Part shown: piece after piece, positions 13,287 through 26,364 of the stretch
Numbering within the stretch: position 1 is the first letter of the stretch
How the letters are laid out: the number at the start of each line of letters is the position of its first letter
Source: Octopus sinensis
Lineage: Eukaryota
Reading direction: 5' to 3'
Assembly (NCBI RefSeq): GCF_006345805.1
Contig: NC_043002.1
Location: 31,620,001 to 31,684,000 of the forward strand
DNA length: 64,000 nucleotides
Notes under the pieces: generated by a model
What the model saw: only the letters and a program-made list of their open reading frames with translations
Told to the model about the DNA's origin: nothing
Databases searched by the model: none
Program-made: the position numbers and the translations under genes

Positions 13287-13785
13287 TATATATGTTGTTT
13301 TTCTCTCTCTTTAATTTTATGTAGACAGTTCTTCGTTACTTAATTTCTACTACTATGCACTTTTTCCTTGTCTATGCCAAGTCATAGTGTTGTGGCCGTT
13401 GTGAGTAATTTTGTAAAAACTTCCAGAGGAACGCTCCAACGTGTTAACAGCAAGTATATCTTTTACAACTCTGTAACATATTATCCTTCAAGTCTCTCCT
13501 TTCTGAGAATCGCATCGTGCCTCATAGGTAGATGGTCATGTTTGCTTATAAGGCGTACTACATTTTCGGTGCTAACGTTTTTGAATATAAATGTTTATCT
13601 GTCATATATATATATATATCACTTGACTTGATATATTTTTTTATTCTGTTATTCTTTTACATGTTTCAGTCATTACACTGTTTCCATGCTAGAGCACCAC
13701 CTCAGAGGGTTTTAGCCAAACTAACTTATTCTTTGTAAGCCTAGTATTAATTCTGTCGGCCTATATATATATATACATAGAGGTG

Positions 13786-14130
13786 TGAAGGCGCATGGCT
13801 CAGTGGTTAGAGCCTCGAGCTTAGGTCGTGAGGTTGTGATTTCGAATCCCGGACCGGGCTGCGTGTTGTGTTCTTGAGCAAGACACTTTATTTCACGTTG
13901 CTCCAGTTCACTCAGCTGTAGAAATGAGTTGCGACGTCACAGGTGCCAAGCTGTATCGGCCCTTGCCTTTCCCTTGGATAACACTGGTGGCGTGGAAAGA
14001 GGAGGCCGGTATGCATGGGTGACTGCTGGTCTTCCACAAACAACCTTACCTGGACTTGTGCCTCGGAGGGTAACTTTCTAGGTGCAATCCCATGGTCAGT
14101 TATGACCGAAGGGGGTCTCAGCTCAGCTCA
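13786..14130 (+). mobile_element. CORE-type SINE family C (resembles Octopus OR2 from memory), full length
   Basis: A-box TGGCTCAGTGG, B-box TTTCGAATCCC and CORE-like TTGAGCAAGACACTTTATTTCACGTTGCTCCAGTTCACTCAGCTGTAGAAATGAG. A second head fragment lies at 22034-22142. Confidence 0.8.
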
Positions 14131-15141
14131 TCTAAATATACAGGTATAAGTTAGAGGTGTTTAACGCCTCTAAGGGATTGATATATCTAAATGCGCTTCT
14201 GGTAATTACCTCAGTATGCATATTCCTCGATAAAAGGCATATTCCTCGATAAAAGGCAGCAGGTAATTTAGCGGGTAACCATTCATAGCCTAATAAAATT
14301 GTTTCTAAAAATGTCATTAATGTTATTTTCAACATTATCAAATATTATTTTCCAGAATGCCTTAGTTAATTTTCCCGCTACAGTCTTTACCACACTTAGT
14401 ATCCATTCTGTCATAACATTTAAAAATATAGTGGTAATTTTGTCACAAGTGTTACAGAATATAGTTTCAATTCTGTCGCAGTTTTTACCAAATCTTGTAT
14501 TCTGTCACAGATTTGATCAAATATATTATTATATCTCAGACATTGCAGAATATAGTATTCCTTTGCAGACATTACCATATATAGAACTACTTCTGTAGGA
14601 GGCATTACTAAATATATTGATTATACAACTGTAATTAATTTCTTAAACAACATGTTGCAAAAGTCTATCTTATCTCAGAGTGTCTACAAATACAATTCTC
14701 ATAGCATCTTCCACAAGATTAATCTAACAAAATTATTTAGGCATTCCTGTACAGATAGTCGCAAATATATATATCATATCAACGTGTATCAATCGACTCA
14801 GCCAGGATGAATCTCTGTAGTTAATCGTTCCCTTTAAACTAACAGCGACTGTCTCTAAAATTACAACTATCGTCTTTAAGAAATATGAAAACACTGTGAA
14901 AATTGGTTCTGATGTGACAAACAAACAAATAAATAGATACACAAAGAAAAATATAAAATGGTTATAGTTAAAATGCAATTGGTCAGGGATTCTTGAAAAG
15001 AAATGGACTGGCCAATCAAAAGGAAACATATCTAATACATATCGAAATTTCTTATGCTTTTCTGAAGGAAAAAAATTTCTTGCAAGAAACAGCAGTGTAC
15101 TTGTGGGCATGTCGTGCAGCTACTGTCTATACCTCACTCAG

Positions 15142-15189
<48 letters not shown>

Positions 15190-15190
<1 letters not shown>

Positions 15191-15345
15191 AACAGAGTCA
15201 AGTTACGGAATAATAATCAACGTGTATTAGCTTCACGCTCAGGAAAATGGAAGAATTCTTTGCTGTTTCGAGCCTACGCTCTTCTAGAGAAGGTATTGAG
15301 GAAAGAAAACCATAGTGAGAGGACAAACGGGATGAGAGAAAAATG
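15190..15345 (-). mobile_element. Short family E (Penelope-like end) element with a variant hammerhead-like core
   Basis: The minus strand has GAAGAGCGTAGGCTCGAAAC and a downstream TTCCTGAGCG, both shared with 48290-48450. It abuts (TA)n. Confidence 0.55.
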
Positions 15346-16757
15346 TGTCTTGATTAACTGTTGAATTGATTAAAATGTTGAACAGACCGGAAGGAATAAA
15401 GTTGGGTGGAAAGGGAGACAACTGTAACCTGTGTGTGTGTACAAGTTTGTATGTATGTGAGAATGTGGGCGAGTGTATATATGTGTATCGGTGTGTGCGT
15501 GTGTATATGTGTGTGGGTAGCATGTGAGTGTGTTTGAAGGTTATGTGAGCGTGTCTGTGTGTGATTATGGAAGCATGCAAGTGCATGTATGTGAGTAAAC
15601 ATACATGTGTTTACTCACATAGGTATTGTGCGTGTGATTATGGAGTTGACATGTGGAGAATACTCTGTGTTTGTGCAAGTGTGCTTGTGCGCATGTGTGA
15701 GGCTATCTGACGTCTGTGAGGTTGTGTTGTGGGTGGACCTGGATGGAGCCGCGAGGTAGTGTAGGGGCAACTGGGGCTAGGCTTTGGGAGGTGTTGAATG
15801 CTGATGCGTGTATGTGTCTGTGCATGCGCGTGTGAGTGTGTAGTAGTTTGTATATGCTGCAGCAGTATAATGTTGTACGTGCAGAGGCATAATGGTGTGT
15901 GTTGTAGAGGAGGTGGGTGGAAGGTAGAGGAAGAGGGGCTTTGTAAAGTGGGACGTGTGGGGTGTGTGTAAATGTGTAGGAATGGGTTTACATGAAGAGT
16001 GCTGAAAAATTCAAAACGTTAGAAACTGAGGAATGAAGCGAGAAAATGAAACCTGCTTTCGATGGAGGCAGGAGCCCGACTGGCCTCTGTGCAAGACCAG
16101 TCCGAACTCAGACAGAGGTAGCGAATGACCAGTTGAACAAAAGTGAAGGGAGGCCGGAGTGTCATTGTCAAATCCATATATTACAATCTGGATAATGGCA
16201 TACGTTCAAAAGCTCCTCTTCGTGTGTGGACATCCATAGGCTATCATACAGAAGAACTTCTCTTTCAATGACTATAGATGAGGAAATACGAGACTAGCCG
16301 TAGATTTTCTACATAAGAAATTTGATACGAGCTGATGGATTGACATGGCTTTATTACAAATAACTACAACTGTTTCGGCTCATCGGTATCAACTGGTAAT
16401 TTACTGAAAGAGAAAATAAAGATGATCTTGCACTGCTTAAGTTTCTGCTTACTCGAAGACGTGCATGTATACAGTTGTTGTTGGGACATATTAATGCAAT
16501 GATGTGTATTATACATGTAACATGCTGATACTGATGCACTGAAACAATTGTAGAGATTTGTAATATAACTTGTTCATTCAATCTCCCGGTATCAAAATCC
16601 TTATGTTTGTGTGTGTGTGTGTAATCATAAAAAGGAAAATGCACACAGTCTATATAAATTTTATATATTTTATAAGATAGAATATTTATAGGGTCTACTG
16701 GTTTCGCGTTTTGCATACATACACACACACACACACGCACACACACACACACACACA

Positions 16758-16846
<89 letters not shown>

Positions 16847-17583
16847 AAGAGAAAAACAGTTAGTTTTAAATCTCTGAGCGAGAAATATGTGGTAACCATA
16901 CCGAACATTAAAGGCTGTTTGCCAACACAGTGTGGCAGTCCTACACAGGACAATGTTCCCCCTTTTTAGCCCCAGGAAAGTATCTTTTCCAGCTGGTTAC
17001 CGATACATGATTTGTGTCCGTATACCATGTGCATCAAAGTTTATTGCTTCCAATCAAGCTTTAGCGATACTTGTAGACTAATTGTTTCTAGGTTATTTCC
17101 CTTCCTCAGTGCAGGACAATCGTCGGCTAGAGATGGCAGCTACTCTATCTTGCTTATAGTATATACTTTTAAAGTGACATACAGCCGCTGATCTCGTGAA
17201 GAGAAAAACAAGTTTTAAGTCTCTTAGCGAGTACTATGTAGTAACAGTACCTAACAGTAAAGTCTATTTTCCAACGTATTTCTAGCTTAGACATTTAAAA
17301 CAAGTTGTTATCTCTTCATGAGATCAGCGGCTGTATGTAGCTTTAAATGTATATACTATGAGCAAGGTTGAGTAACTGCCATCGCTAGCCAACAATTGTA
17401 CTGAACTGAGGAAGAGAAATAAACAAGAAACAACTAGTCTACAGGTACCACCAAGGCTAGAATGGGAGCATTAATCAGAATATGTGTATGTAGCCAACTG
17501 GAAAAAATGTTTTCCTGGGGCTAAAAAGTGGTAACATCGTCCCCTGTACGTCTGCCACATTATGTTAGAAAATAGACTTTACA
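16847..17583. repeat. Composite element: 352-bp unit, partial direct copy, then an inverted copy of about 300 bp
   Basis: AAGAGAAAAAC recurs at 16847 and 17199. 17283-17583 is the reverse complement of about 16905-17235, for example CATACAGCCGCTGATCTC / GAGATCAGCGGCTGTATG. Confidence 0.85.
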
Positions 17584-17659
17584 ATATATATCACGTGACC
17601 CACCAGACCATCAGATGTTACTACACATCGCTGGTCACAATGCGTTCGCATTGTTTTAG

Positions 17660-17887
17660 CCTTCAAACAACGCCACCCCGCTGGCTAAGCGAGCAGGCCA
17701 ACAGAAGAAAGAGTGAGAGAAAGAGTGGTGAAAGAGTACAGCAGGGATCACCACCCCTTGCCGGAGCCTCGTGGAGCTTTTAGGTGTTTTCGCTCAATAA
17801 ACACACACAACGCCCGGTCTGGGAATCGAAACCGCGATCCTCCGACCGCTAGTCCGCTGCCCTAACCACTGGGCCACTGCGCCTCCA
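17660..17887 (-). mobile_element. SINE family B with intact A/B boxes and a short alternative tail
   Basis: TGGAGGCGCAGTGGCCCAGTGG...GGTTTCGATTCCCAGACC. Body matches 1111-1470 and the 3' end differs. Confidence 0.8.
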
Positions 17888-17929
17888 TTATATATATATG
17901 TATGTATGTATGCATGCTTGTATCTCAAA

Positions 17930-18086
17930 GCACCGGCATCTCTCAGTTTCCGTCTGCCAATCTCCTAACAAGGCTTACATCATCCTGGGGCAAAATCAAA
18001 AAGTCATATACCCAAGGTAACACGCAGTGCGACTGAGCTCAGTAACATAAGGCTGGGAAGGAAATTTCTTAACGCACAACTACACC
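17930..18086 (-). mobile_element. SINE family D 5' half, degenerate
   Basis: CAGTTTCCGTCTGCCAA..ACAAGGCTT..CCCAAGGTAACACGCAGTG aligns to the reverse complement of the family D head. Confidence 0.6.
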
Positions 18087-18791
18087 GGCGGCTATCATGT
18101 TAATTTTTCTTATGTCTCCATATTGTTTCGATATTATGGAACTAAAATAGACAGCAAGTGAAATGGGAACCATTTCAAACACTCAATCCACTGAAAGATA
18201 TTCAGTTCGTTTTTCTATCTTTTTCTTTTAAATTTAATTTTTATTGATTTTATCGCAGCATTTCAACGACAGCCGATGATGATTGCACTAAGATTTAATA
18301 GCAAGGTGTGAGATAATTGTGGAACTGGGTGAAAGAGTTTAAAGTCGTTGTTTAATAGAATGGGACAGAGTTAACTCGAGTCAAATATTCAGATTTATAG
18401 ACCTCTGATATAATCTTTGAAATTATCCTGCATATATCTTTTTTAGTTATGCAAATGTATGTTTTCACACAGCCGGTTTTAAATGAGAAGATATACGAAC
18501 ATTCAGATTACACACACATATACACACATACGTCTATACATACATATAGACGCGTATAAGTAATACACACATGAGTAGAAACGTTGATGAACAAACACGA
18601 ACACACAAGCACTCTCTATATAGACTTATATTTAATTTCGTATGTGAATGTGAGAGCGTGCGTTTGTGTGTACGCGTGCATGTGACAGTTTCTGAAGGCT
18701 GCCAATTATAGACACACATACGTGCACACAAAATCACACAAAGATATACATATAGAAAACTACACGCGCATGCATATGAATGTATAACTGA

Positions 18792-18849
<58 letters not shown>

Positions 18850-18962
18850 ATATACATTAGCATGCACATATACATTTATACAAATATATATAAATATACA
18901 TGTATATGTATACATATGTAAATGTATGTATATTTGTATATACTTATATATGATTATATGGA

Positions 18963-18994
<32 letters not shown>

Positions 18995-19069
18995 ATTTCT
19001 GTATATATATACTTACACATACACATGTGTGTATGTGTAAGTATATGTGTGTCTACATGCACACACACA

Positions 19070-19132
<63 letters not shown>

Positions 19133-19716
19133 CTACATATATAAATGGCTATATGTATTATTCATATTCTTCTGTACTTGCTACACATACAAATACATAA
19201 ATTGCCAGATGGCACAGACTATATTCCTTAATTATTTCCTTTGTTTCTGTTAGATAATTTAAAAAAAAATAATAATAATTAAACGTATACTTGCACGCAT
19301 TCGTCGAAACATTCAAATGTTCATGTACAGCACACACACGCGTGCGCACGCACACACACATATAGGCACACACGCACGCTCACATGTATACAACTCATAC
19401 ACGTATCTAAAAATTTGTGCGTAAAAATATACGCCATTTTAGAGATGTGTGCCTGTATTTATATACTATATTAGTACCTATATGTATGTATATGTATGTG
19501 CACGCGTACTTCCATATGCATATATGTAAATATAAGTATATATAATATATATGTCCGTGTGTCTATGCACATCTATATATAACTATGTGTATGTGCATAT
19601 GCATATATAGATGTGTGTGAGTGTGCGTGTGTATGATAAGACAGAAAAAAAAGGCATAGAGACGCACATACACACACACATACACATTTAATTCCAGGAT
19701 GGTATAGAGACACAGA

Positions 19717-19763
<47 letters not shown>

Positions 19764-19964
19764 CGTTTTCTCTTAATTCAGCCGTCCTTCAGTTTCTGTC
19801 TTTCTTATTCATATATATTTGTATATTTGTGTGTATGAATTCCGGCATTAATATATCGCTGTGTGCTTGTGTGTGTTTGTCTTTATCTCTATTTGTGTGC
19901 ATGCACTTGTGCGTACGCATAAATATTATGTCCATATCTATGTGAATACGCTTTCATTTATATA

Positions 19965-20078
19965 TGCATGTATATACATATATTCATATATATATATAAT
20001 ATATACATATATATACATGTATATATATATATGTATATATATATATATTTGTATATATATGCATATATATATATACAT

Positions 20079-20158
<80 letters not shown>

Positions 20159-20263
20159 ATATGTATGTATATATATATACGTACATATATATATATATAA
20201 TATATATATATGTATGTATATATATATATATATATAATATATATATATTATATATATGTATGT

Positions 20264-20308
<45 letters not shown>

Positions 20309-20316
20309 TATATATA

Positions 20317-20391
<75 letters not shown>

Positions 20392-20402
20392 ATATATATA
20401 TA

Positions 20403-20452
<50 letters not shown>

Positions 20453-20460
20453 ACATATAT
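19965..20460. repeat. Interrupted (TA)n tract of about 500 bp
   Basis: Direct reading. The 225-aa and 187-aa Y/I ORFs are its artefacts. Confidence 0.97.
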
Positions 20461-21672
20461 GGCGTGCGTGAGGTTGTTCGTTCATGCCTGTTTCGAAAGA
20501 TATTTGATTTTTTGTTGACAATCATTTCAAGCGAATGACGTATAAAACATTTTTTTTTATACATTTATAATATATCATTTTACGGTTTGGCTTGACTGTT
20601 TGATATTTTTCACTTTATAATTATAGACAACGATGATTTTTTTAAAGTTTACTTGAGAATCTGTTCGCGTCTGCATTGGCAATTTTATTTTTATTTTTTG
20701 TTATACGTGTTCATTTTTTTTGTTCATTGATTAATATCGTGGGTATAAGTGCATGATTATATACTGTAAGCAACCTTACGACAATAACTAGGAAATATAT
20801 ATGTATAGATAATTATAGCTTAATATATATATATATGCATTCATTTATGTATAGTATTCATTTATGTATATATATATATATATATATATGCATACATATA
20901 TTATATGTATATGCATATATATGAACAAATTTCAAATGTGTGTGTGTGTGTGTTTTATATAAATAAATCTACAAATAAAGAGATAAATATAATTATATGT
21001 TTATACATAAATATATAGAGAGAGATAGATAGATACGTGTTTATGTGTAAGTGTATATGCATACACAAAATTATATATGTATATATGCCTGTATGTGTAT
21101 TTCTGCATATATATATATTCGTATGCTGCTAATGTGAATATTTGCGTTTATCCTTTCGCTTGTGTATGTTTATATATAAATATGTGTAGGGAAGTGCATG
21201 CTTATGTGTGAGCTATCAAACCCTATTGCCTACAATTTATATTTTATTTGAGAAATGCCAAAAGATTTAGGGAAGATAACAACAACTAAAAATCAGCCAC
21301 TTTAAAGGAATAAGAGAAATATTATGCTCGTTGAAAATCTCCTATTTTTACATTCAATTTACATTTATGTATAAAAGCCCAGAAAATGGTTTGATATTCT
21401 TTATGGGAATCTTAATAAATATTTTCTATGCAGAAAAGGATTTATTGACGGTTAATTATTATATCTTAACTTCCTGCGCTGTCACTGAGATGCCAATCAT
21501 TTTGTTCACTTCTGCTCTGTTCTTGAATTTGAAAATGGCGAATTTTCTTTCAAATTTCATTTTGGTTTATTTCATTAAATGTCAGCTTTTCTTTTTCACC
21601 TCGTTGCAGTCTGTGAATATATTCGTATTTGTACATACTTATCCACAAACATACAGCAATACGAAAAGTTAG

Positions 21673-22839
21673 AATAATAATCCCTTCTACCATAGGCACA
21701 AGGCCTGAAATTTTAGGTGAGAGGAATAGTCCATTTCATCGACCCCAGTGTTTCATTGGTACTTAATTTATCGGCCCCGAAGGGATGAAAGGCAAAGTCG
21801 ACCTTGGCAGAATAATAATAATAATGATCCTTTCTACAAAAGGCACAATGCCTGCAATTTTGGGGGAGGGAAATAGTGGATTATATCGACTCTAGATTTT
21901 CACCGGTACTTAACTTATCGTCACCGAAATTATGAAAGGCACAGTCGACTTCGGCGGAATTTGAACTCAAAACGTGAAGACGGACGAAATACTGCTAGCT
22001 ATTTTCGCCGGTGTGCTAACGATTCTGCCAGCTTAAAATAAGGTGTCTTGCTCAAGAACACAACACACATCTCGGTACCGGAATCGAAGTCACTCCCACA
22101 TGATTGTGAGCCCGTTGCTCTAACCATTAAGACATGTGTCTTGATAAGAATGATTCTTTCTAATTTAAGCACAGGGCCAGAAATTTTAAGAGCGCTTGAA
22201 TGGAACATTATCAACCCCGAAAGGATGAAAGAGAAAGTTGATCTCGGATGCAACTGAACTTCAGAATGTAAAGCTGGAAGAAATGTCAGAATACGTTTTG
22301 TCTAGAGTGCAAATGATTCTGCCAGTTCGCCGCTTCAAGAACAACAATATTATAATACTTTGTAATCTTTTCTGCTATAAGCACAAGTAATTCCGAATTT
22401 TTGAAGAAGGAATCTAGTTGATTACGAAGACACCGTTGCTTAATTTGTATTTGTTTCATCAACCCTGAAAGTATGAAAGGCAAAGTAGAACTGCTACAAA
22501 AGATTTGCCTCCTTGAAAGTATTTGATAGCTGAAAAGAACGGACAGCATATTACAATAGGCTGCACTAGCAAGTCCGCTACACATGCAAGCGGGATTTCA
22601 AACAAAAAAACCTGTGATAAAAAGAAATAAAAATAATTATAATCATTTCTACTGTAGGCATAAAGCCCGAAATTTGTGGGGAGGTGGCTAGTCGATTACA
22701 TGGACCCTTATTTTATCGACCCTGAAAAGGTGAAAGACAAAGTCGACTACGGCGTAATTTGAACTCAGAATGTAAAGACGGACAAAATACAGCTAAGCAT
22801 TTCGCCCGGCGGGCTAATGTTTCTGTCAGCTCGCCGCCT
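21673..22839 (-). mobile_element. Cluster of at least five SINE family A copies or fragments (tail type 3) plus one family C head (22034-22142)
   Basis: The repeated motifs TTTCTAC..GGCACAAGGCC and GATGAAAG(G)CAAAG are all in minus orientation. Confidence 0.8.
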
Positions 22840-22844
22840 TAATG

Positions 22845-22859
22845 TTACTACTACTACTC

Positions 22860-22892
<33 letters not shown>

Positions 22893-22926
22893 TACTACTA
22901 CTACTACTACTAACTACTACTACTAC

Positions 22927-22958
<32 letters not shown>

Positions 22959-23013
22959 TAATAATAATAATATAATAATAATAATAATATAATAATAATA
23001 ATAATAATAATAA

Positions 23014-23044
<31 letters not shown>

Positions 23045-23140
23045 AAGAAGAAGAAGAAGAAAAAGAAGAAGAATGATGATGATGATGAAGATAAGGATGA
23101 GGATGAGGATGATGATGATAGCGATGATGATGATGATGCC
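22845..23140. repeat. Compound in-phase trinucleotide tract (ACT)n-(AAT)n-(AAG)n-(GAT)n
   Basis: Direct reading of the sequence. Confidence 0.95.
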
Positions 23141-23674
23141 TTGATCCAGTACCAGACAGTGACTCTCATGGCTTCTGATCTTAACTGATTGGAAGTGGTA
23201 TCATATACATTGTTTTAAATGTACATTATATAAAAGATGGGCTAGATTTGCTCAATACCACAGACTTGCTTGTCAGTTGTTTGACCTGAACCAGTCGCAT
23301 ATGTTCCTTGGTGGCAGATGATGTGTGCATCTCTGATCATGAGCAGAAGTAGTGAAGGAGCATTATAGCCATTGAGAGGAATTCTCTGGGGTTTGGATAA
23401 TTCACCTTTGGAAACGTGAGTGTTTTCTTCAACATCCTTATAGAACCTTTACTCTTGGACCTATTGAGCGGTGTGGTCTACTCGACCTCAAAAAAATTTT
23501 AACTGGGTCCCACCTGCAAGGCCATACGTTGTTTACATTGATATGAGATTAATATGTTGCGCACATATGCTTGTGATGCATGTGCCTGGTGTACCCTTAT
23601 CAGACGAGTAGTCATGGGGGATAAACTGGGCTTTGTATGTTTTACCCTAGTGTCATATCTCTCTCACTCAATAA

Positions 23675-23705
<31 letters not shown>

Positions 23706-23990
23706 AACAACAACAATAATAATAATAATAATAATAACAACAATAATAATAATAATAATAATAATAATAATTTTCTTTTTTTTACTTCAATTTTCAAAGA
23801 GAAAAAATATGAAACTTTGGGTAGGGGTTATAATGGAAGAAAGTATATCAAAACAATTTAAAAAATAAGAAGGGACGGTTAAGAAAACGTTTTACTATTG
23901 TAAGGTGTATTATGAAATTTTAAACTTTCATATTTACGTACAAAAAGTAGCGCGCACATGAGTACACATACACGTTTGCATGCATATATA

Positions 23991-24445
23991 CAGGGTGCGG
24001 ACAGTATTTGTGGACAGGTTTATGGTTTAAAATACGCATATATAATAACAGAAAAAACTGTATTTTTATTACCAAAGCATAAAGCTAAGTTATCAACTTA
24101 ATAATTTCATCCAATAAAACCAACATAACCATCAATAATTGTCTCTACGCGGGGTTGAAATCGTTTACAAGCTTGGATTAAGTGGTCCTTGTTCATATAG
24201 GACATGACACGAACTATGGCAGCTTTCAAAGAATCTTTGGTGCTATGGGGGTTTTCATTGACATTTTTCTCAACGATGTCCCATACATAGTAGTCCAGTT
24301 GATTGAGATCTAGAGAATTAGGAGGTCATATGTTGGGGGTAGTGTCGACCATCCATTCTTGTGTCATTTTAGACTTGTATGATGCAGAATCTTGTTCAAA
24401 GACATAAGGCCATCCATTGCATACACTGTTGATCCAAATCTATCT
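23991..24445 (-). mobile_element. Tc1/mariner-superfamily (maT/DD37D-like) transposon right end with transposase relic (24107-24436)
   Basis: Translates WINSVCNGWPYVFEQDSASYKSKMTQEWMVDTTPNI*PPNSLDLNQLDYYVWDIVEKNVNENPHSTKDSLKAAIVRVMSYMNKDHLIQACKRFQPRVETIIDGYVGFIG*. FxQDSA and WPPxSPDLNPLDY motifs are recognisable. The terminus is TA-CAGGGTG at 23989-23997. D-to-D spacing here is 31, so the DD37D label assumes deletions. Confidence 0.8.
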
Positions 24446-24463
24446 ACTCGTACCCATATATGC

Positions 24464-24524
<61 letters not shown>

Positions 24525-25404
24525 GAGAGGGAGAGAGAGAGAGAGAGAGAGAGAGCAAGATTACGAGCACAAGGAATATGGCATGGAAACAAACTTCTTA
24601 CCACACACCCACGTATATGTGTGTGTGTATGCATGTATGTTTATACACACACATTTGCCTGTATATATGCATATGTAAGTATATAAATGTATATACATAT
24701 ACTTATACAGAATTAAGTAATGAAATACAATACAACACAATAATTAAACAACATATAATCGAAGTAAATAAAAACATTAAAGACGGCTAGTTACGTTCGA
24801 TTGGACACTTTACGGACGTGGTTAATTAGTTATTTTTTAAACTGCGTTCGAATGTATCCGACTCCACCTATTTGAAATTGTTTACAGTTTAATACACAAA
24901 AGATACTGAAATCGTTAAATCATTAGAGTATTAGTTTTCAAGATCGATAGCTTGTCTTAATTTTAATTTTACGTGCAATCTATCTGTTTCGAGCAGTTTA
25001 TATCCTGAATCTGTTCCTGCGTCGTTATAAGTTTTCCAGGTATGTAGCACTACACCTTAAAATTTTATTTGTTATTAATTGGATGTTCGAAGAAACTTAA
25101 AACATAATTCTTTACCGTCCTCTAAGTTTTCTTCGTTGTTTTGCTGAACAGTGACTTTGTTGATGCTTAGAAGAAATAGTATATATTCACTAGTTTTCGT
25201 TGTTATATGTTGCGCATTTTTATGGTTATTTTCCTCCATTTTAATTTAGCAGTTTTCTTTCTAGCTATTTCTTTGTCAATGATCCATGAAGCAACAGATT
25301 GATACGGTTTGTAGCCCTACTTGTTGTGGGGAAAATTTTGCCTATGAAGAGATATATAAATTTTCTCTTCAGCTTCTGGATAATCTTCTAAGGCAAATAA
25401 GTGC

Positions 25405-25540
25405 TGTTCTGAGAGGTGACCATTCACTCTGACCAGTAAACAGATGCCGCTGCATCCAGCGATCCAGCCAAGTATGTATGATCGACCCTATGGAAAGCTT
25501 AAGACTGATCTATATTGCTCAGGGACCCACCACTTATAGA
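25405..25540 (-). mobile_element. Small L1/Tx1-clade reverse transcriptase fragment
   Basis: Translates GGSLSNIDQS*AFHRVDHTYL / GWIAGCSGICLLVRVNGHLSE. This is the RT motif D..KAFD.V.H followed by the L1-like W...Y....V.VNG.LS. Confidence 0.65.
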
Positions 25541-25726
25541 TATAGCGCTTCAAATATGATTTTGTATAATCGAATAAGTCGCTTCCAATCTTTCACCGAT
25601 ATTCATTAGGAGCTCGAGTAAATAAAGAGCAATGTTTACCTCGATGGGATTTGAACTCAGAGTGTTTTGAAATAGAAGTAAATAACATTCTTCTTTTAAC
25701 AGGTTTCACTTCACTTTGTCTATATA

Positions 25727-26289
25727 TTCTTTTCTACTCTAGACTTGAAATTTTTGGAGAGAGGGCCAGTTGATTAGATCGACTGGTACATAATTTATCG
25801 ACCCCGAAAGGATGAAAGGCAAAATCGGCCCCGGCGGAATTTGAACTCAGAATGTAAAGACAGACGAAATACCTATTTCTTTACTACCCACAAAGGAGCT
25901 AAACACAGAGGAGACAAACAAGGACCGACAGACCGATTAAGTCGATTATATCGATCTCAGTGTGTAACTGGTACTTAATTTATCGACCCAGAAAGGATGA
26001 AAAGCAAAGTCGACCTCGGCGGAATTTGAACTCAGAACGTAACGGCAGACGAAATACCTATTTCTTTATTACCCACAAGGGGCTAAACACAGAGAGGACA
26101 AACAAGGACAGACATAGGTATTAAGTTGATTACATCGACCCCAGTGCGTAACTGGTACTTAATTTATCGACCCCGAAAGGATGAAAGGCAAAGTCGACCT
26201 CGGCGGAATTTGAACTCACAACGTAACGCAGATGAAATACCGCTAAGCATTTCGCCCGGCGTGCTAACGTTTCTGCCAGCTCGCTGCTT
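25727..26289 (-). mobile_element. SINE family A trimer (head + two tail-1 units + terminal tail-3 unit)
   Basis: Three cores, with GAAATACC-TATTTC junctions at 25866 and 26051. Confidence 0.92.
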
Positions 26290-26364
26290 TACCTTGATAG
26301 TATATTTTGACATTACAGGTTATGTTGATAGTGAATATTTTTTTACATTAATAATGAGAAGGCA

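Noticed and set aside
13786-13860. tRNA genes at the SINE heads (also 17810-17887 and 62402-62470)
   Set aside because: A and B boxes are present, but I could not fold a full cloverleaf and each continues into a SINE body.
17400-17425. CTGAGGA-AGA-GAAA as a hammerhead core (mirror copy near 17100)
   Set aside because: There is no room for stem II and no stem I.
19861-20538. Long Y/I, C/V and H/T ORFs here and throughout the window
   Set aside because: These are translations of (TA)n, (TG)n and (TACA)n microsatellites.
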